A DNA stretch of 64,000 bases from Zancudomyces culisetae HAW-14-8 (Eukaryota > Fungi > Kickxellomycota): the NCBI GenBank assembly GCA_052426225.1, contig JBNJNM010000010.1:1116001-1180000 (forward strand), read 5' to 3'. Below, one piece after another: positions 57,634 to 64,000 of this stretch (positions within the stretch are counted from its first letter, which is position 1; each line of letters begins with the position of its first letter). The translations under genes and the position numbers were made by a program. The notes below the pieces were generated by a model. It saw only the letters and a list, made by a program, of their open reading frames with translations, was not told the origin of the DNA and did no database searches.

Positions 57634-58868
57634 AGAGGTTCACCCCCGTAAGCCCAAATATTATTCTCAACCAGTTTGGCGTGGGAGCTCATTCTTTACA
57701 GAGTCTACAAAACTATAAACTATGTGGTATCTACTTAGATCATACTCGGCTCTATTGTGGTTAAGGATATGTTATTTGATGGATCCACTTTGACAACCAA
57801 TACTATACGTTTATTGCAACCAAAATAGAAAGTAACACAATTTAGAGAATTCAAGTGCTGTAGGACATTGATCTGTAACTCGCCATGTAAAAAGAAAGGA
57901 TGTATTGTTTATTGTTTGTAAAAATGTGATTTTATAACTCTATTCGCACATTCCAACCTTCCCAATACTCAGTCCTTATTTGTACATTAATATGTGGTGA
58001 ATGGAGGGAGGTGACACATTCGACATTGGTTAGCTAGGATTCTTACATTTTTTGTTGCTTTACTCAAAGTGGTGTGCTTTTCCTGTATTTATTGGTGTGT
58101 GTTCGCAAATAATATAAAATCTAATACTTTTTATTTTCACGACTTTTATATATATTGTATATTGACGATACTTAGTTGAATAATAATCAATCCCTTTTGT
58201 TGCAAAGCGGTATATACCAATGTATGACAACTGGTGTGCAATCGTATAAAAATGTAAATACCTATATATGTTGCCAAAAATTGTTTAAATTGGGGTTTTT
58301 TAAATAGTATTATTTGGTAGTTTTCATTGTATCGATCTGGTTTGGTGTTTATTGTAGGATAATCAACATCAACCTTAACAAATAAAAGCAAACTTTAATT
58401 TTATTCAATTTCACATTATTTCAGTTATCATCAAAACGCTATCAGGTCCCACCCACCCCTTCATGCGAGAAACACAGTATAAAAAAATGAATACAAACGA
58501 AATATTTTTATTTTGCACATATCTATCGGCTAGGTTTTTTTGTTAATTAGAGTGTTGTGATATTTATTTAATGTATCTATTTAGTCAGAGTTAAAGTTCA
58601 AGGAAACAAAAAAAAAAAGGAAACTCACGCTTTGTCGAAAAAATAATTTAAATCAGTGGTCAAAGTAAATATCTGGTATCTGCATTTAAAGGTATCGGCT
58701 TGGCCCAATAAAATTTCACAATTGGTAGCAACTCTAAAAGCAAATACTGGATGCTAAAATCGGGAATTGTTTTTTTCATTTCAATGGGTTTGTTGCTAGT
58801 GTAATAAATTTATACATTTTCTCTCTCTATCACTTTCTGACACGGATAAAAGAATTGTAAAGTAGAGA

Positions 58869-60850
58869 ATGAAAAAACTACTTTTTGCTGCCCTATATTT
58901 GCTCCTAGATGCTGCAACACTAAACACACAGGCCAATTCGAACGAAAACATAAGGAGCACATTTGGAGTTTTTGATTTTTCCGGAATACCAAAAGATGTA
59001 AAGGAAAATCATACAAAGTATAGAACTGGGATAATTGTGGATCAGTTTGAGGTAAATTTGCAGATTAGGTTATTATAGCATCTCTGGGTCACTACTGCTG
59101 GGATAAATCCACTGTCGTTATCCACTTGTAATGAACCGAAGGATGTTTAGATGTGTTTTTTTATGAATAATTAATCCTTGGATGTTTCATTTAAAAATCC
59201 TCACAAAATTGGAGATAAAGTAATAACTTGTATTTCAACTGTAGGTTGAGGGCCTCGGGTCTTTAAATAAGGAGGCCATATCTAGGGAATTACTTGATTC
59301 GCAAATCCAAAGAATAAAGTTTGTTATTAGAGATTCAAACGGGGAACTGAATCGATCCCTGCTGGAGAAGGCTTTATTTCCCACTGAGGAGAGAAATGGA
59401 ATTCACATTGGAATTACTGGAAAGAGGTAAAATTTATACATTCTTTGCTTATTCCCTTCCATCCTTCTGCTCGGAAAATGTTTCTTTGTAGAACCAGTCC
59501 TGGAAACTTAAATGTATATATATCCATAGACTGGCGAAATCAGCAATTAAGAATGTGCAAAGCGAATGGGAAAACATAGCAAACAAGATCTTTGATGCAT
59601 ATGCGTTTGAGTCCACAGGAAGTGATGGAAAGTTTGTGGTCCTGGAAGATTATACTCAGATGCCCACTGACAGGAAGGGACCAATAAAACTGTATTACCA
59701 CGGAAAGCTGCTTGGAGAAAACAAAGGTGAATTAAAGAGGAAATTTTTGGAGCGGTTTCTAGGAAATGCATATAGCATGAATACGGGAAATTTGGTTACG
59801 CGCTCTGTTAGTAAGGAGGGCAAGGGTAGCATAACAGATATAGAACGGATCGAAATAGAGATTGATAATACTGGCAAAAATGGATCGATATACACAAGAG
59901 TAGTTATTGTAAAGCAAATAGCTGAATCTCAGTTATTAGGAACAGAACACGAGACTGGTAAACTCAGAATCGACAAAACTACGTCAGGGGGCGAAATGAA
60001 TGGCGAGAAATGGACAGGTGTTATTTACGATGGGGTAACAAAGCACAAAACGAAAGGCTCAGTAATATTTAAACATGATATGGGTAGCGAGTCAAATAAG
60101 TGTCTAGAAAGGAAAAATAGTAACAACACAATTAGCCTGGGGATTGAAAACCAAAATTCATTCCATCCCAGATTGATTTTTAAAAAACAAAAGACAGGCT
60201 GTGGGATTGAGGAGAAATGCCAACTGGTTATAGTGCAACAATTAGACCGAACCTACTTTTTTGATCCGTATCAAATCAAACAGATGAATAGCAAGCTAGA
60301 GAACGTAAACTTTAGGTACTTTGGTGACGTTGAGTTGGAGCTTCCGGCAGAAAGTGTCAAACTCACACAGTGGGGAACCCTGATCGAAATAACGCTCCCG
60401 GGAAAGACCAATGATTTTGTTCTGCCCATACACAGTAGATACAGATTAAAGGGGTCAACTGGACAAAAAACTGCAAAGAAGGAATATATACACGAGAGCT
60501 TAGCCAAACCGTACTGCTATTGGAGCTGTGATGGCCAACAGACCCCATCCCTTTTTTTGGAAGAGAATGTGTTAGGAGTTGGAATAGCTAGTGATGTTCT
60601 CGCCGAGTTATTACATGATAAACAGCATGAAATAGGTACAGCCATGGTACAGATGCACCAGAAGATTGGTGTTAGTATAGAGTTGGGAAAAGGCGTGGAA
60701 GGAGTCAATGGAGCGAATGTGGAAGAGCTAGTAGTAAGGATGCCCTTGCCGCTGGATGACCTTGATTCCTATGCCAAGTGGGTAACCCCGTTTGTGGTTT
60801 TGACTTCTACATTTGTTTTGGGTTTTGTAATATTAAAAAAGAGAGTCTAG
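58869..60850 (+). CDS. PBN1: PIG-X/PBN1-family GPI-mannosyltransferase I subunit; exons 58869-59051, 59245-59426, 59530-60850 (561 aa)
   Basis: Signal peptide; SFHPRL, C.L....L...FFDPYQI, GDVELELP, LPIHSRY; C-terminal TM followed by KKRV (KKxx ER retrieval); two GT-AG introns restore one frame. Confidence 0.85.
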
Positions 60851-60943
60851 AGAAAGACGAACGTAGATAAACTGCAAGATATGGAAAGAAGATTGCTGCA
60901 TTAACTTAAATTTGATAGTAACGCTATATGTTACAAACCTTTT

Positions 60944-63900
60944 CTACAGAGGGAGTATTTCGTAAAACAGACAGCAATTTGTACCCCCTCCCTCCCAGCC
61001 TCTGTTTCCGACTGCTGATACTAAAAAACGGCCTGATTCGTCAAGGTCTAAAAAGTGTAAGGACAAGCGGAGAATTAAAGTAAATGTTCAAAAAAATTTT
61101 TGTTTTACATTTCCATTTATTTTCCTGTTCTTTCTTTTTTGCCAAAGTGTTATAAAAAAAGTAAAAGCCAAAATAAATATATAAATATAAATAAAAACAT
61201 TGATTCTTACATAGCTGTGATATCGTAGCACCATGGTGTCCCGGTATAATCTGGAATGGAATTCCGCCTGTCTTTTTTTCACCTGTCTGATTGACATTTA
61301 GGTTCCACATTCTCAGATTATCATACGATGAGCTGATTAGGTTCTTGCCGTTAGCCAAGGCACACACTTGGGAAACCGGACCTGAGTTCAGCGGTAGTTT
61401 CAAGGTTCTTACTAGACTCCCTGACCTAAAGTCGAATTCATCGATGGTGCTATTTCTTCTCCCTACATACATCATATTTCCGTCCGTACCCCAGCATGAC
61501 TATTTTTTTTTACAGGATTAATTAAATGGAAGCTAGGCTCTATAATATATGGCATATTACTTCACATTTTTTTGAACATCCTGATTTCGGACTTTCTAAA
61601 GTAAAAGATAAAGTAAAAGACAAAATGTTACCGAAAGTGCCCAAGGTGGAGTTCTTTCAGGAGGTAAAAGCCTCCGAGGTATTTTTGTTTTGTCACGAAT
61701 ATCCCAGAGCAAGCTCATCCCATCAACACTTGTGGTTAATAAAACTGGCGCAGCAGAGTTGTTCGGCTGAAACTCCCCCGAACTCAGCTGGGATATGTGC
61801 CCTTCAAATGTCCGTGCTACGCCGCCAGTGTTCAAATCCCAATACTATCCATCAATTAATGTCACTTTGTTAGAGTTTCGCGCTCTTTCAGAACTCATAT
61901 TCTTATTATGTTTTTTCAATCGTCATATCGCTATCAAAGTATCTTTGCAAGTAAATATATAAAAGTTATTTACATTAACCGTACGATCCCAAGATCCACT
62001 AATTAAGCCATACCCATCTAGCGAAAGCTTTAGAACAGAAACGGGTGCTTTATGTCGCTTTAATGTCTGTAGCCTTCTACCCTCGTCGTGTCTGGTTGAC
62101 CAAAACCCTATATTTCCGCTCTAGAAAACAAATATCCCACGTTTACTCTCATTTGATGTCAAAATAACGCACCATTAACTGTCGAGCTATACTGAAATGG
62201 TATCCTTCAGTCTTGCGAATCGCGTTCTTGGTTGGTATATATAATATAATGGTTACCTTCATACCTGAAACCAACCATAGACCCTCTGGCTCTACATCCA
62301 TACTGTAAACAGGTGAAATATAATCCAAGTCTTTCCCACCAAGAGTATCTAGTTTAAATAGGTCATACATGGTCAAATCCAGCCTCAAATACTATCATAA
62401 TGCATGGCTTTTGTTTTATAACCTTAAACCCCCTCATCGGATAGCTATTAATTATTCTCACTTACTCTCATCTTCATGGTAAAAATACGAAACCATTACT
62501 CCTGACTACAAGTTAGTGTTTCATTATACATTTATGTTAGTAATATTCTATCCGCATCATATATAATGAATATAGTTACCAATGGCATGTTTATATATAT
62601 AAAATGAAAACCACAAGAATAAAAAAATGAAATTAAAAAAGCAGGAAAGCTACCTTTGTTACAGTTTCTACCATTTGGTGCCGTTGCCATTGTGTCAGCA
62701 TAGTCTTTCCATTCATTGATGCAAAAAAATCCCATTTATATACATACCCATCAGCCCCTCCTGTAAAAACCCATCTCATGTCTCTTGTCGCCGTAACCGA
62801 GTAAATCTGATGGTTTGATATCACTGAAACCTATAAATTTGCAAAAATTATCGCTTATTTATTTTGCCTTTTCCATACTACTATATGTATATAGGTCTAG
62901 ATTAGTGTTTCAGAGTTAATTGTGGTAGTATCTGTGAATAGGAACTTACATATGGAATAATATCATAACTTTTACACTCCCTAAACTTCCTTAACGGCAT
63001 TATTCTCTTTCGTGGTGGAAAATCAAGCATGGTTATTTTACTATATTGGTCAACCGTATATATCGGACTTTTCTTCTCTTCGGAAAGTAGCTTTGTTTCT
63101 TTATTCTGAAGTCCATCTTCGACCATTCCGTTAGTTAACTCTTCTTCCTCTTCTTCTTCCTCCTCCTCCTCTTCTTCTTCTTCCTCTCCCTCCTCTTCCT
63201 TTTCGCTATCCTCCACGCCTTTCTGTCGTTTGATCCCAGAGATCTCTGATCTTGATTTCTTAAGTTTATTTTCTATCTCTACTGAACCTATATTTAGAGC
63301 GGTTTTTTGTCCAGTATGATGATTTTTCTTAATAAATATTAAAATTATAGATTAATAGCATCAAAAATAACCCACCTTCCTCGGATTTTCCCCTCTTATT
63401 AGAATTATTTGCTTTTGCTAGAGTTTCTTTATCTGTTAGTAACATATTTTGCGACACATTCTCCTCGTTAGTATTCACGGTCCTGTTATTTTCTCCTTTG
63501 TATAAGGCCAATTCCACTCGTGGGGGATTAATCCGTTCTGTTTGAATCTCACTTTCATCTTGCTCCTTTTCCAACTTTTTAACGCCCATTGTACCACCGA
63601 TCCTGTCTCCGGCATTCATGCTTTCCTCGCTCTTTGATGTTTTTTCTTGAGAGACCCCTCCTATGCTTACTGCAGGCTCCCTCTGCTTTTTCTTTTCCTC
63701 ATGTAAATTATCTTGAAAAAAGCTAGAAATCACACCCTCACTGTTTTGTTCCTCTTGCTTCATACCCTCTTCCATTCCCATATCATTTCCCTCCTCCTCC
63801 TCCTCCTCCTCCACGTCCTCCTCCTCCTCTTTCTTTGGTGATTCCGAGCCAAACAAATTTGCAGAATCGAGCTCCCTTTGTTCTTCTTCTTCCGCCTCCT

Positions 63901-63979
63901 CATCCTCGCTGCTATCAGCTCCGCTGCTGCCGAAAAATTGTTTTTCTAAAATATCGTCATCCGATAGATTTTCGGCCAT
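60944..63979 (-). CDS. SPT8: SAGA complex WD40 subunit Spt8 (acidic N-terminus, about 8 introns)
   Basis: Exon fragments YDIIPY, WVFTGGADGYVYKWDFFASMNGK.MLT..QRH, SPVYSM, ISGSWD, PPWALS, YVGRRN, SGPVS, PFQIIPGHHG, GNRGW; stop TAG at 60944-60946; exon boundaries approximate. Confidence 0.88.
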
Positions 63980-64000
63980 CTTCCCTTGTTTTCTCGCCTA

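Noticed and set aside
57634-57828. Coding-looking continuation past the stop of the third secreted gene (possible readthrough or pseudogene tail)
   Set aside because: Several in-frame stops, and the family C-terminal motif already ends at 57633

Overview
Eukaryotic, AT-rich fungal DNA with short GT-AG introns. Gene style and the Cys-rich secreted repeats suggest an early-diverging fungus, possibly Harpellales/Kickxellomycotina; this is inference and not established here. 1-13.3 kb is a nested, decayed transposon cluster: at least four Ty3/Gypsy remnants (one with a chromodomain integrase, one with a 119-bp LTR and a Tf1-like self-priming signature), several LTR-like segments and a broken DD34E Tc1 transposase. 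15.7-22.6 kb is a tandem duplication of LysP/YAT-type amino-acid permeases with patchy homogenisation and a near-identical distal upstream block. 24-47 kb holds housekeeping genes (MCM6, an unknown Ser-rich ORF, GBF1/Gea Arf-GEF, URB2, NIF3). 49.6-57.6 kb is the most interesting part: three co-oriented secreted-protein genes sharing a signal-peptide type and a C-terminal [IV]-[PE]-x-V-T-x-I motif but carrying different repeat cargoes (pacifastin-like Cys modules plus (TDPGTGGG)21; TCT/TxTxTxT repeats plus a Tyr hexad and a Asp/Ser tract; a minimal acidic member). 58.9-64 kb holds PBN1/PIG-X and SPT8, convergent. No tRNA, rRNA or CRISPR was recognised.
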